The position numbers and the translations under genes are program-made. The notes beneath the pieces are model-generated. The model ran no database searches, had not been told where the DNA came from, and saw only the letters and a list, made by a program, of their open reading frames with translations. A DNA stretch of 64,000 bases from Malacoraja senta (lineage: Eukaryota): NCBI GenBank assembly GCA_038087875.1, contig CM075997.1, positions 3,660,001 to 3,724,000 on the forward strand, in the 5' to 3' direction. Shown here piece by piece: positions 12,317 through 25,592 of the stretch; positions within the stretch are counted from its first letter, which is position 1, and each line of letters starts with the position of its first letter.

Positions 12317-12642
12317 AGGGCCTGTCCCACTGTACGAGGTAATTCAAGAGTTCTCTCATGATTCAAGCTCGTGTAATGTACGTAGCGGGTACGTAGGAGC
12401 TTGTGGATGTCACGTAGCGGCTCGTACAAGTAACAGTAGGTACTCTGGAAATCCGGTAAACTCGTGACGTTTTTTCAACACTGTGAAAATGTCCACGAGT
12501 ACAAAATTACTCGTGATGACATTTTTAAAAACTTTTTACTCGTACGTACCCCTACGTACCCGCTATGTACATTACACGAGCTCGAATCAGGGGAGAAACT
12601 CGGGAGAACTCTTGAATTACCTCGTACAGTGGGACTGGCCCT
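12317..12642. mobile_element. PIF/Harbinger-type MITE, subfamily c
   Basis: TIR AGGGCCTGTCCCACTGTACGAGGTAATTCAAGAGTTCTC; a sister copy lies at 32870-33174. Confidence 0.8.
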
Positions 12643-13324
12643 TAAGCCATACAAGATTGGTAGGTCTTTGCATTGTTGAAGTAATCTTTCTAATAAAATC
12701 TTCACAGCTGCAAGTGATAGATCCAATGCCTCTGTTCAAAGATGATTAAGGGCTTCTTTGTCTATTTTCCACGTCATTTTGTTGTTCTATAATGAAATGT
12801 CCTGAGAACATGAAGGATGCTCCATAAATACAGGATGTGCCATGACCTATTTGCAGTTGACTACAAAGAAATGCCTCGCAATCGTTCTCAAGACACTGAA
12901 ACGATATCATGTTTAAATTTAGGAAAAAATCAGGAGGGACATTGTTGAACCCTTGGTTAAATTTGATAGGACTTGGGGAAGATTTATTCAACATTTTCAC
13001 ACAATATAAATTGTCCCCTCTCCAACCATTATAATAATTATTTTACCCTTATACGGTGGAACGGACTTGATGACAAACAGGGACTTAAATTGTTGAAATT
13101 CTTTGTAGCTCAGATTCTGTTTTTAAAATTTTTTTTTAGTTTAGTTTAGGGGGGGTTTTGTTTTCTATTTTTTCTATTTTTTTCTTTTTATCTTTTGTTT
13201 TTATATATACAAGTTCTCTTTTGAACACTTAACTATATTTACATAGAGACCAGGAGGTCTATACCCAATGTGTATTTTGACACTGGATTCATACTTAGGT
13301 TATACTTGTTATTACCGTTTTAAG

Positions 13325-13620
13325 AATACAGTTTTAAGAATAAGGGGTCGGCCATTTAGAACGTAGACGAGGAAACACTTTTTCTCACAGAGAGTGGTGA
13401 GTCTGTGGAATTCTCTGCCTCAGAGGGCGGTGGAGGCAGGTTCTCTGGATGCTTTCAAGAGAGAACTAGATAGGGCTCTTAAAGATAGAGGAGTCAGGGG
13501 ATATGGGGAGAAGGCAGGAACGGGGTACTGATTGGGGATGATCAGCCATGATCACATTGAATGGCGGTGCTGGCTCGAAGGGCCAAATGGTCTACTCCTG
13601 CACCTATTGTCTATTGTCTA
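13325..13620 (+). mobile_element. CR1 LINE 3' fragment
   Basis: CR1 3' end with (ctattgt)n tail. Confidence 0.85.
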
Positions 13621-13870
13621 TAATGTAATCCTGATCCCTATGTATCAATATCACTGTTATGTTTATCATTATTGGGGGTTTTGTGTTGTTTTGTTTTTGT
13701 TTTTGAAAAAAATGAATAAAAAGATTTTAAAAGAAAAGAAAGACACGGAAGCCTAACTATTAGAGTGGCTGGCTCACAACTCCAGTGTGTTCGGTTCAAT
13801 CCTGACCTTTAGTGTCGTCTGTGTGGAATATGTATGTACTTCCAAAGACAGACACGAAAAGCTGGAGTAA

Positions 13871-14111
13871 AGGGCCTGTCCCACTTTCACGACTTAATTC
13901 TTTCATCCCGACCATTTTTTTACTCGTGGACATTTTTTATTGGGCTGGAAAAACCGTCCCGATTTACCTGATGCCACGAGTATATAGCCGCTACGATATA
14001 TCCACGAACTCCTACGACCTCCTACGGACTCGTTACGAACATTCTGCGAATTTGAATCAGGGGAAAACTCGGGAGAATTTGTGAATAACTCGTGAAAGTG
14101 GGACAGGCCCT
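13871..14111. mobile_element. PIF/Harbinger-type MITE, subfamily d, inserted at TAA within a Penelope-type repeat
   Basis: TIR tips present; the host repeat gctggagTAA|..gcgggacaggc resumes after the element. Confidence 0.78.
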
Positions 14112-15144
14112 TACCTAAGCGGGACAGGCAGCATCTCTGGAGAGAAGGAATGGGTGATGTTTCGGGGCGAGACCCTTCTTCACACTGTATGTTCTTCCTG
14201 TGATCATATAGGTTTCCTCTGGATGCTCCAGCTTTCTCCCAGATCTTCCAAGATGTGCAGGATGATAGGTTCATAGATCCACAAATACACAGACTGCTCA
14301 TAAACGGGCTCACCTCATTTATGTCGATTGTCAAGTCTATCTGCGCTAATCCCATTTGCTCACATTTGTCGTATAACCCTCTCCGCTTTCCCTAAGTACC
14401 TGTCCAAAAGCCTTTTAAAAATTGTGACTGATATGGAAACAATGACCTTCATCAGACCAACAATGGACCTTTATGCGACTCCACCCTTCCTTGGTCATGT
14501 TGCCGGCCCCGATTTGTTCTGGCCTTCTCCGACCTCCAGTTCCCTCCCATCTACTTTCAATCTGAAGAAGCATTCTGACCCAAAACGTCACCCATCCTTT
14601 TTCTCCAGAGAAGACCCGCTGAGTTACTCCAGCACTTTGTGCCTATCGTCTTCATGAGATTCAACATGAGAAGTTAGATAGACATGGCGTAGTGGTTCCC
14701 TTGCATTGGAATCACATTACTGTTGTCATGTGTGTACAGCCCCTGCCTCCTTCTGTTGTGAAACAGTTCTGTGTGGAGCTCTGACAAATGGCAAGCCATT
14801 TGCAGTTCATCGCAACAGAAATTCGGCAGCACGGGGAGACAGCTGTCGAGTTGCTACCTTACAGCGCCAGAGACCTGGGTTCAATCCTGACTACAGGTGC
14901 TGTCTGTAGGGAGTCTGTACGTTCTCCACATGACTGCGTGGGTTTTTCTCCAGGAGCTCCAGTTTCCTCCCACACACCATAGACATACAGGTTTATTGGC
15001 TTGGTAAAACTGTAAATTTTGCAGATGTAGAATACTTAGCTCACGACCGATATCCAAAGAGGAACTTTGCAGGGTCCTTCAGCACATTGAGTCTGTTCTG
15101 TGACTCCATTAGATCATAACTGACCATTGAGTGAAGGCTGCCTA

Positions 15145-15330
15145 GGCCAATGGAGCCTCGGCAGCGCGATGGTGGAGCCTCGGCGGGGGTGGTGGAGCCT
15201 CGGTGACGGTGGTGGAGCCTCGGTGGTAGTGGTGGAGTCTCAGTGGCGGTGGTGGAGCCTCGGCAGCAGTGGTGGTGGAGCCTTTGCAGTGGCGGTGTGG
15301 CCTCATGGCCGATGGAGCCTCGCGGTCGGC
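15145..15330. repeat. GC-rich minisatellite, ~20-bp unit GGTGGTGGAGCCTCGGNNNN
   Basis: About 8 degenerate tandem units. Confidence 0.8.
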
Positions 15331-16198
15331 GGTCAATGAGGGTGCGGGGGAACCACCGTGAGGGGGGGGGGGGGGGAGAACAAAGTAGGTTGCTTTGCAC
15401 CCCTAGTCTTCAGTTGCTTTGCACCTAGTCTTTGCACGTTGAATTCCCCAGCTGAGATCTAATTATTCTTCCTGGGTTAATGTTGGATATTATTGGAGGT
15501 GGAATTCTTTGCCACAGAGGCTGTGGAGGATATTTTGAAAGCAGAGATAGATAGATTCTTGATTAGTACGGGTGTCAGGGGTTAGGGGGGAAAGCAGGAG
15601 AATTAGGTTAGGAGGGAGAGATAGATCAGCCATGATGGGCCGAATGGCCTAATTTCTTCTCCTATCACTAATGAACTTCTGGCCCTAACAGTACAAGATA
15701 TCCATATCAGGAGGAGTGAGCCGGCAGCCTATATGGTGTGCATACCCTGGAATCTATGCTTGAGATTGTGTTCCATGATATCGCAATGGTCCATAAAAGG
15801 GTTCTGTAATGAGTCATATTTACAAAGAAAAAGGATTGTCAGTTGGACTAAATGAGGGAAGGTGTGAGGAGGCTGCCAGATAATGTGCACCTGGCCAGAT
15901 TCTATGGCAGTGCTGTAAACGGCAGATGTTGATGAGACTAGATATGCTGAAGGCCATTCCTGTCATTTCCAAAGGCAGGATTTAACATTGTGGACACATG
16001 TTACGAGGTATTTATTTCCTGAATTCTGGATGAGATCAGAACCAGCCATTGATTTAGACAATAGACAATAGGTGCAGGAGTAGGCCTTCGAGCCAGCACC
16101 GCCATCCACAGTGATCATGGCTGATCATCCACATTCAGTACCCTGTTCCTGCCTTCTCCCCATTTCCTCTGACTCCGCTATCTTTAAGAGCCCTATCT

Positions 16199-16357
16199 TT
16201 TTTTTCTTCTTTTTTTTCTTTCTTTTTTAAAAAAAATATTTTAATTTTATTAGAAGTAAGCACAATTGTATACAATCATATTTTCATAATACCTTTTATG
16301 TACAGCTTCTTATTTTTTAAATTTTTTTGTAATAAAGAAGAAAAAGAAAAAAAGTTA
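16199..16357 (-). mobile_element. L1-type LINE 3' tail inserted in a CR1 remnant
   Basis: A-rich tail on the minus strand, 14-bp TSD TAAGAGCCCTATCT, same family as 52778-53165. Confidence 0.75.
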
Positions 16358-17036
16358 TAAGAGCCCTATCTAACTCTCTCTTGAAAGCATCCAGAGAATT
16401 GGCAGAGAATTCCACAGATTCACAACTCTCTGGGTAAAAATGTTTTTCCTCGTCTCTGTTCTAAATGGCCTGCCCCTTATTCTTAAACTGTGGCCCCTGG
16501 TTCTGAACTCCCCCAACATTGGGAACATGTTGGGGGAGTCCCCAGGATGTGAGTGCCAGGAGATCACACTCAGACCCTTTACAAAGATCGGGTGGACCCA
16601 AAATGCTGGAGTAACTCAGCGGGACAGGCAGCATCTCTGGAGAGAAGGAATGGGTGACGTTTCAGGTCGAGACCCTTACAAAGCACCCCAGCATGGAGAG
16701 TCTGAAGAAAGGTCCCGACCCAAAACCTCACCTGTCCATTCCCTTCACAGATGCTGCCTGACCCGTTGAGTTTGTGTTTTAATGGGAATCTGAGGGGTGA
16801 CTTTTATTTGAAGCAAAGGGTGATGGGCGTATGGAACAAGCTGCTTCGGGTGTATGGAACAACCACTTTGTGTTTTTCTGTACTATTAGCTGGGTTACCA
16901 AATAGTAAATGGGAACAGAAGCCCAAGATTACCCACCCTTCATCCCTCAGAGTTATCACAACTCCAGACCAGCAAAGAGCTGGCCTGAAACCTGCGATCC
17001 TTGTATGTCCCAGTACCTCAGCAACACTTTTTAGAT

Positions 17037-17070
17037 CAGTCTGAAGAAGGGTCTTGACCCGAAACGTCAC
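17037..17070 (+). ncRNA. Minimal type I hammerhead-ribozyme motif within the Penelope-type repeat (representative intact copy; others at 27479-27506, 33251-33284, 52337-52364)
   Basis: CTGAAGA-A-GGGTC-TT-GACCC-GAAAC-GTC: conserved core boxes, paired stem II, palindromic ACGT stem III, GUC cleavage triplet. Stem I is only ~2 bp and activity is untested. Confidence 0.6.
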
Positions 17071-17159
17071 CCATTCCTTCTCTGCAAAGATGCTGCCTGT
17101 CCCGTTGAGTTACTCCAGCATTTTGTGTCTAACTTTGATTTAAACCAGCATCTGCAGTT

Positions 17160-17424
17160 TTAGTTTAGTTTAATTTAGAGATATAGTTTAGAGATTAACA
17201 CTACCCTACACACATGAGGGACATTTTACAATTTTAAAAAGCCAATTAACCTACATACCTGCACGTCTTTGGAGTGTGGGAGGAAACCGAAGATCTCGGA
17301 GAAAACCCACGCGGTCACAAGGTGAACGTACAAACCCTGTACAGACAGCACCCCCAGTCAGGATCGAACCCGGGTCTCTGGCGCTGGAAGGCAGTAACTC
17401 TACCGCTGCGCCACCGTGCCGCCC
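17160..17424 (-). mobile_element. tRNA-derived SINE (HE1-like)
   Basis: Complete 5' head gggcggcacggtggcgcagcggtagag on the minus strand. Confidence 0.8.
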
Positions 17425-17436
17425 TCTTGAAACTTA

Positions 17437-17938
17437 AGAGGCTGTCCCACTTGGGCGACCTAATTGGCGAGTTTAGGAGAGTTTGAAAAAATGTCATGTT
17501 GAAGACCTCCTTCGACCTCCTTCAACTATGTTCAAGACCAGCTACGACTAACTTCGGGAAAATTGGACACCGAATAGTGGAGAGTGAGGACGACCTCCTT
17601 CGACTATGTTGAAGAATATCTACGGCTACCTTTGACTACCCTCGATTACCTACGACTAACATGCTGACCTACTACAACCTACTATGGCCTTCAACGACTA
17701 AACCTACGAGTAAAAAAGTTTTTTCCATGGCGACCATTTTTTACTCGCGGGCATTTTTCAGCATGTTGAAAAATACGCCGCTACCTAGCTGAGGCCTCGA
17801 GTACACGGGGACCACTCTCGAGCATGAAGGAGAGTTACAAAGACCTCCTACGACCTCGTGTCAACCATGCTGTGAGTATGAGTCGAGGGCAAACTCGCCA
17901 GAACTCGCGGATTAGGTCGCCCAAGTGGGACAGGCCCT
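17437..17938. mobile_element. PIF/Harbinger-type MITE, subfamily e
   Basis: TIR ..CTGTCCCACTTGGGCGACCTAAT, TTA/TTA target duplication, internal (cctacga/cttcga)-like repeats. An isolated left end lies at 23896. Confidence 0.8.
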
Positions 17939-19904
17939 TTAGTGAATTTACAGAGTGCGACTTTGCGCTTCTTAGTTGGATTTTGGTGTCACTTTTCATA
18001 TGCCAAAATGTTTTCTTCCTTTAGAAAAAGAAGTCGTTTCACCTCTACTCTGTGACTGTTCCTAGAGTTTTACAGCCTTCAGTCCAACTAGCCCACACCG
18101 ACCAATATGCCGCGTTCTACACTAGTCCCACCTGCTTGCGTTTGGTCCTTATCCCTCTAAACCAAACCCATCCGTGTACCTGTGTAAATGTTTCTTAAAC
18201 GTTGTGATAATACCTGCCTCAACTTCCACCTCCAGCAGCTCGTTCCATACATCCACCACCCTTTGTGTAAAAAAGTTACCCCCTCTCATGTTCCCATTAA
18301 ATCTTTCTCCCTCACCTTAAACCCCATGTCCTCTGGTTCTCGATTCCCCTACTCTGGGCAAACGACTCTGTGTGCGTTTACCCAATCTATTCCTCTCCTG
18401 ATCAGTACAATGTTTTTTTTCTTCTAGACATCTCTCCTGTTTCTACAGACCCTTACGCAAACACGCACGCATGCACGCACGCCATACAAAAATGCATGAA
18501 TAAATGAAAGTAACCTTTCGGCAGAGTTAAACAAAACTTTGTTAAGACTCGTTAACAAAATAATTCCTGGCGGATTTCCCCCCTTCCCTCTTTCCACACT
18601 CTCCTGTGTCAGTGAAATCGTGATTAAGTTCCATTTTCTAATAATTTCCCCATTGTCCATCACTAGAAGGGGCGAGTGCATATTCTCTGTGCATGACAGC
18701 TGGTCAGCAGGTGCAAGGATCTGACACACAAAGGCAATTACTGGAGCATGTTCAGATAGGGAGATAAATCCACTTTTATAGATTTACTCAGTATATTCCG
18801 TTTAACTAGGAGTTCAAATAGAAATTTGGAATACAGCGTGTTCATTAGACAAGACACAATTGTTCTCTTTTTGTTTGCTCCTCGATCCCAAAGCAAAGTT
18901 CTTAAATAGAACTTGTTTTCAGCCGAAACGCAAAATCAATTCTTGCTTCAAAGAACTTCTTTGATTATATTGATTGGCTTGTACGGTTGACAGCATGAAG
19001 GAAAAGTTTTTTTTTTCCGAAGAAAGCATGACAGGGGAAAATCACACAATGCCCTATTACAGATTCTTTAGTTAATCTTTCTGGCCTTTGTTTCTCAACA
19101 GTGTGATTTGTTTTGAGGTGGAAGCCACCTGTTTGATCCCTTGGTTAAAATATAATAGGCTTATCCGCGATGTTAGACACAAAATGCTGGAGTAACTCTG
19201 CGGGACAGGCAGCATCTCTGGAGAGAAGGAACGGGTGATGTTTTCAAGTTGAGATGGACGTTCAGTCACTCTACACCTCCATCCCCCACCAGGAAGGCCT
19301 TCAAGCCCTCCGTTTATTCCTTCACCGCAGAACCAGCCAATTTCCCTCGACTAACACTCTCCTCCGCCCTCAACAACTGGACTAACACTGGTCCTCACCC
19401 TCAACAACTCCGCCAATTTCTAAATCCTATCCCCATTTATCCCAATGTGTTATCTTTGAACAGAAGCTCAATAATCAACAAGTTGGTAGATTCTCTCACC
19501 GATCAGCTACTTTCCAAGGAGGCAAACCTATAAATTCACTATTGTGATGCCAGTTTGTGTTAAAACTTTTATGTACTGTCAAGGAGATATGCTGCCCTTC
19601 GGCCCACAGAATCTGTGCTGACCATCAATCACATATTCTTTACACTGATTATACCGTAACCCACTTTATTCTCCTTTCGTTCACATCAACACTGCCCTGA
19701 TTAAACCACTCACCCACACACCAGGGACAAATAGCAGCGACATAACATGCATGTTCTGGGAATTATGAGGGACTCAATTGAGTAGATAGTGAGATACCTG
19801 GCCCCTGGCAAAGGTCTTTATAACTAGAGAACCAATGCCTAAGGTAAAGGTGTAGGAAGGAACTGCAGATGCTGGTTTACACCGAAGATACTGTCGACAC
19901 AAGA

Positions 19905-20575
19905 TAGACGAGGGAATTAAATGCAACATCTCCAAGTTTGCGGATGACACGAAGCTGGATGGCAGTGTGAGCTGCGATGAGGTTGCTGTGAGGCTGCAGG
20001 GTGACTTGGATAGGTTGGGTGAGTGGGCAGATGCAGTATAGTGTGGATAAATGTGAGGTTATCCACTTTGGTGGCAAGAACAGGAAGGCAAATTATTATC
20101 TGAATGGTATCAGAGTAGGAGAAAGGGAGGTGCAACGAGACTTGGGTGTGCTTGTACATCAGTCACTGAATGTAAGCATGCAGGTGCAGCAGGCAGTGAA
20201 GAAAGCTAATGGCATGTTGGCCTTCATTGCCAGAGGATTTGAGTTTAGGAGGAAGGAGGTCCTACTGAATTTGTACAGGTGAGACCGCACCTGGAGTATT
20301 GTGTGCAATTTTGGTCTCCTAATTTGAGGATGGACCTTATTGCTATTGAGGGAGTGCAGCGTAGGTTCACCAGGTTAATTCCTGGGATGGGGGGACTGAC
20401 ATATGATGAAAGAATGGGTCGACTGGGCTTGTATTCACTGGAATTTAGAAGGATGAGAGGGGATCTTATAGAAACATATACAATTCTTAAAGGATTGGAC
20501 AGGCTAGATGCAGGAAAAATGTTCCCGATGTTGGGGGAGTCCAGAACCAGGGATCACAGTTTAAGATTAAGGGGA
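19905..20575 (+). mobile_element. CR1 LINE ORF2 fragment (RT C-terminus), frameshifted
   Basis: [29 protein letters not shown] motifs. Confidence 0.9.
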
Positions 20576-22049
20576 ATTTGACTGTATTTTCTTTAATGTG
20601 GATGTCTGGAACAAGGAAGAATTATCCTTAAACTGGAGCCATGTGGTACACTGGTGATGCTGAGAAGATTCCTTCACATATGTGGACCTCTCTCGAGGAT
20701 AGCAGTCGAGGATGGGGGAATTGAATTGAATTGAGTTAAATGTTATTGGCCGAGTATGTATACGTACAAGAAAGTTGGTGTTTTGCTCGCAAAAGGATAA
20801 AAACACGATCTATAGCAGACAATTAGAAATAAAACATTATATTTTAAACATGTGAAAATCAAAGATAGACACAAAAAGCATAAAACATAGAAAAGTACAG
20901 TGTAGGAAGGAACTGCTTACTCCGAAGATAGACACAAAAGGTTGGAGTAACTCAGCGGGACAGGCAGCATCTCTGGAGAGAAGGAATGGGTGATGTTTCG
21001 GGCCGAGACTGTTCTTCAGACGGCCCAAACCTATAGCTAAACCTAAACCTGAACCCAAACCTGAACCTCCCTAAAATTTCAAACTCAGAGATTTAACAAC
21101 AGGGGGAGGAAGATGAAGATGAAAATGAATGGAAATGGCTGAAGACTTAGGGGACCGGACCACTTTCTTGCTTCCTGTGTATCGCTGCAAGAACATAGAA
21201 CAGCTGACTCAGTGGAAGGGTCCCCCATTCCTTCTCTCCAGAGATGCCGCCTGCAGGTACACCAGCATTTTGTGTCTATCTTCGGTGCAAACCAGCATCT
21301 GCAGTTCCTTCCAACACAGTACAAGATAGGAATTCACCACACAGAGAGTGGTGAATCTCTGGAACTCTCTGCCACAGAGGGTAGTTGAGGCCAGTTCATT
21401 GGCTAAATTTAAGAGGGAGTTAGATGTGGCCCTTGTGGCTAAAGGGATCAGGGGGTATGGAGAGAAGGCAGGTACGGGATACTGAGTTGGATGATCAGCC
21501 ATGATCATATTGAATGGCGGTGCAGGCTCGAAGGGCCGAATGGCCTACTCCTGCACTTTTTTTCTATGTATCTATGAACAGGCCCTCAGTATCCCTGCCG
21601 AACATGATGCCATGTTAATCTAATCTCCTCTGCCTATATGCAGTGCACTGAGATTGGTGAGATGATGTATGATAATAAGTGGGAATTTAAGGGTTAAAAT
21701 ATTCATACTCATGGTTAAATTAATTGTTACCTTCGGAGGCCATGCAGCATCTTTTGACTGTGTCATTCCAATGTTGAATCAAACGTTAGGTCTCTGGAGA
21801 TCTGGCTACATTTGCTCCCCCTCAAGGAAGTTCAATGCTAAATACAGACTGGGTGAAAATGTCAACACTTTCCCGAATAGAACAGGAAATAGACATTGGA
21901 GCTAGAGAAAGGCAGGCTCTTCTGGCACCTCACCTCTGGCCAGGGCTGACAGTCCCAGCTCCTCAACTGTGCCTCTAACTGCATCCTCTCCAGCTTTCAG
22001 GCAAGGCTTGCACCATGTTATATATACCAAGGGCTTGCTCATCAGATTA

Positions 22050-22630
22050 TAGACAATAGACAATAGGTGCAGGAGCAGGCCATTTGGCCCTTCGAGCCAG
22101 CACCGCCATTCAATGTGATCATGGCTGATCATCCCCAATCAGTACCCCGTTCCTGCCTTCTCCCCATATCCCCTGACTCCGCTATTTTTAAGAGCCCTAT
22201 CTAGCTCTTTCTTGAAAGCATCCAGAGAACCTGCCTCCTCCGCCCTCTGAGGCAGAGAATTCCACAGACTCACAACTCTCTGTGAGAAAAAGTGTTTCCT
22301 CGTCTCCGTTCTAAATGGCTTACTCCTTATTCTTAAACTGTGGCCCCTGGTTCTGGACTCCCCCAACATCGGGAACATGTTTCCTGCCTCTAGCGTGTCC
22401 AAGCCCTTAACAATCTTATATGTTTCCATGAGAACCCCTCTCATCCTTCTAAACTTCCATCATTCCACACCTCTCATCCTTCTAAACATCCATCATTAAA
22501 ATATTATCATTATCATATCAACTCCAGAGTGTACAAGCCCAGCTGCTCCATTCTCTCAGCATATGACAGTCCCGCCATCCTGGGAATTAACCTTGTAAAC
22601 CTACGCTGCACTCCCTCAATAGCAAGAATG
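22050..22630 (-). mobile_element. CR1 LINE 3' fragment
   Basis: Minus-strand CR1 C-terminal peptides and tail. Confidence 0.88.
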
Positions 22631-24989
22631 TCTTGCTGAATGCACTCTTCCTGATACATTATCTTCCTGAATGCACTCACCCTGGGTGATCTGAATCCTG
22701 GAGGGCCGCGCGATACACGCGCCACTACATGCGATTCCACGCCTCACCAAGCGCTGTGCGCGCGCCACCCATGTGTCATGACATGTCAACCAATTTTCTA
22801 CAAGACGCGTAAATGAGGCGCAAATAACGCCCAAGTGGGACAGGCCCTTAACCGCCCTCTTCACGCTCGAAACAAAGCTGCCCTAACCTGAAGATAGATG
22901 CAAAGTGCTGGAGTAACTCAGAGGGTTAGGCAGCATTCTATGGAGAAAAGGAATGGGTGACGTTTCTGGTCGAGAACCTTCATCAGAAGTAACTTGAATG
23001 GAATGAAATACTTTATTGTCTGTCACATGTGACTAGGCACAGTGAACTATTTTGTTTGCACACACAATAGCGGCTACTTACAGCGCTGGGGAGAGGTGAC
23101 AGAGAGCAAGCACTCGAAGGTATGATTAATTATGCCGTGGGCAAGTCAAGGCACCGTCTCTGAATAAGGATGGGCAGAAAATGCTGGGGTAACTCAGCGG
23201 GACAGGCAGCATCTCTGGAGAACATGGCTGGGGGCATTTCAGGTCGAGGCCCTTCTTCAGACCCGACCTCGGCCCGAAACGTCACCCATTCCTTCTCTCC
23301 AGAGATGCTGCCTGACCCGCTGAGTTACTCCAGCACTTTGTGTCTATCGGGTTTAAACTATCATCTGCAGTTCCTTCCTACACATTTCTGAAGAAGGGTC
23401 CTGACCCGAAACCTCACCTATCCATGTCTTTCAGAGATGCTGCCTGTCCCGCTGAGTTACACCACCACTTTGTGTTTAGCTTAGAGCTACAATAGACAAT
23501 AGGTGCAGGAGTAGGCCATTCGGCCCTTCGAGCCAGTACCGCCATTCAATGCTATCATGGCTGATACATTATGGGGAGAAGGCAGGAGAGGAGTTAGGAG
23601 GGAGAGATAGATCAGCCATGATTGAATGACAGAGTAGACTTGAATACGGAAACAGGCCCTTCAGCCCACCCGAATCCGTGCCGACCAGCGATCAACCAAC
23701 TGGTCGCACTAAATTGATCCCAGTGTGTAAAATCTACAGAGGCTGATGGCAACATGAGGAGAATAAAATGGTATTTAATGTAAGTAGCAGGTTTGGCAGC
23801 ATCCCTGGAGATCATGGATGGGTGATGTTTTGGGTCGAGACCTGAAACGTCACCTGTCCATGTTCCCCAGGAATGCTGCCCGTCCCGCTGAGTAAAGGGC
23901 CTGTCCCACTTGGGCGACCTAATCCGCGACTCATACTGGAAGCACGCTTTGCCAGACGAGGGGCCGATGCAGGGCTGGCTGGCTGGCCTTGTGCTTGGAT
24001 CGCGGATGTGAGCAGCAGGCTCTGAGCTTTAACGTGAAGCATGCTCGAACCCATGAACCTGTCTTGGAGGGCAAGAGTTCAGGCTGTGCGAGTCGAGAGG
24101 AGGAGGAGGAATGGAAGTCGTAGACAAAGAAACAAGGCATTGTGAGTTGTGAGAGATGAGGGGGTTGGGGAGGAGGGGGGGGGGGTGTCTGGCTTTTCCA
24201 GAAGACTGGAGCTGAACTGGAGCTGGGAGTGAAGTTGAAGAGAGGACACGAGCCACCACTCAGGACTTAATCAGCCACCAGCACTTCCGCTTTTGTTCAC
24301 CAGTTTGGTAGAGTAAGTGCGGTTGTAACCACAGGGAGATTTGAACTCGATCCAAGTTACTTTTGAGATGAATGAAAGACCAGCGGCTTTTGATTTGGAT
24401 AACGACTGCAGTCGGCGATTGACTGCCTCTCGTCGCTGGGCTAATGAATGTGACAAGCAGGAGTGTTAGACACTCATTCAGGCCGACAACCTGTTTGTTA
24501 GTGCAACATCAAAGCCTCAGCCGCTCACAGTTCAAGGGCAGCTATTTCCTCTAATTGTCAGGACGCCCTGCCTGCAATCAGCATGTTGCTCACAACAGGC
24601 AAGATATGTATTACAGGCAACGTCATAATAAATATGAATTAAGAGTTTTTTCCCCCACTGAAGCTTTGTTTGGAGATTTCTGCTTGTTAAAAATGTTTCC
24701 TCCTTTAGATGTTTACAGTTGCGGCCCAAGAGCCTTGTTGTTATTGTTTGCTCCCCACAGACACTAGTAGCTTGCCGCTGCGGATGGTTCAAGTCCGCTC
24801 CTTGCTGAGGCTGCTCGCACAGCAAGCTTCCACAGTGGAAGAGCAATTAATCTGATTGTAAGTGACGGGGGGATTTGCATTGCTGCAGTGCCCCTCATTC
24901 ACTGCCTGGGTCTGTACCGAAGCACGTTGCAGCAAATGATTCAACCGAATGGAGGAATCGCATCTGCAGAGTAACATCCCACACCAATG

Positions 24990-25516
24990 CATAGAAACAT
25001 AGAAAATAGGTGCAGGAGTAAGCCATTCGGCCCTTCGAGCCTGCACCGCCATTCAATATGATCATGGCTGATCATCCAACTCAGTATCCTGTACCTGCCT
25101 TCTCTCCATACCCCCTGATCTCTTTAGCCACAAGGGCCGCATCTAACTCCCTCTTAAATATAGCCAATGAACTGGCCTCAACTACCTTCTGTGGCAGAGA
25201 ATTCCAGAGATTCACCACTCTCTGTGTGAAAAATGTTTTTCTCATCTCGGTCCTAAAAGACTTCCCCCTTATCCTTAAACTGTGACCCCTTGTTCTGGAC
25301 TTCCCCAACATCGGGAACAATCTTCCTGCATCTAGCCTGTCCAACCCCTTAAGAATTTTGTACGTTTCTATAAGATCCCCCCTCAATCTTCTAAATTCCA
25401 GCGAGTACAAGCCGAGTCTATCCAGTCTTTCTTCATATGAAAGGCCTGGCATCCCAGGAAACAGTCTGGTGAACCTTCTCTGTACTCCCTCTATGGCAAG
25501 AATGTCTTTCCTCAGA
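24990..25516 (-). mobile_element. CR1 LINE 3' fragment
   Basis: ORF 25081-25521 is the CR1 ORF2 C-terminus. Confidence 0.9.
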
Positions 25517-25544
25517 TCCAAATAACACAGCAGAGTGGCACAGC

Positions 25545-25592
25545 CAATTTGGAAGATCCTATAGCGGAGATCGTATTGCTATAGGATCTTTG
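25545..25592. mobile_element. 48-bp miniature hAT-type element
   Basis: Same termini as 10051-10454 (AAGATCCTATAGC...GCTATAGGATCTTTG) and 8-bp TSD GGCACAGC. Confidence 0.75.

Noticed and set aside
23940..24990. 1-kb unique island as possible exons
   Set aside because: No coherent ORF with splice sites and no motif cluster strong enough to call; left unannotated.
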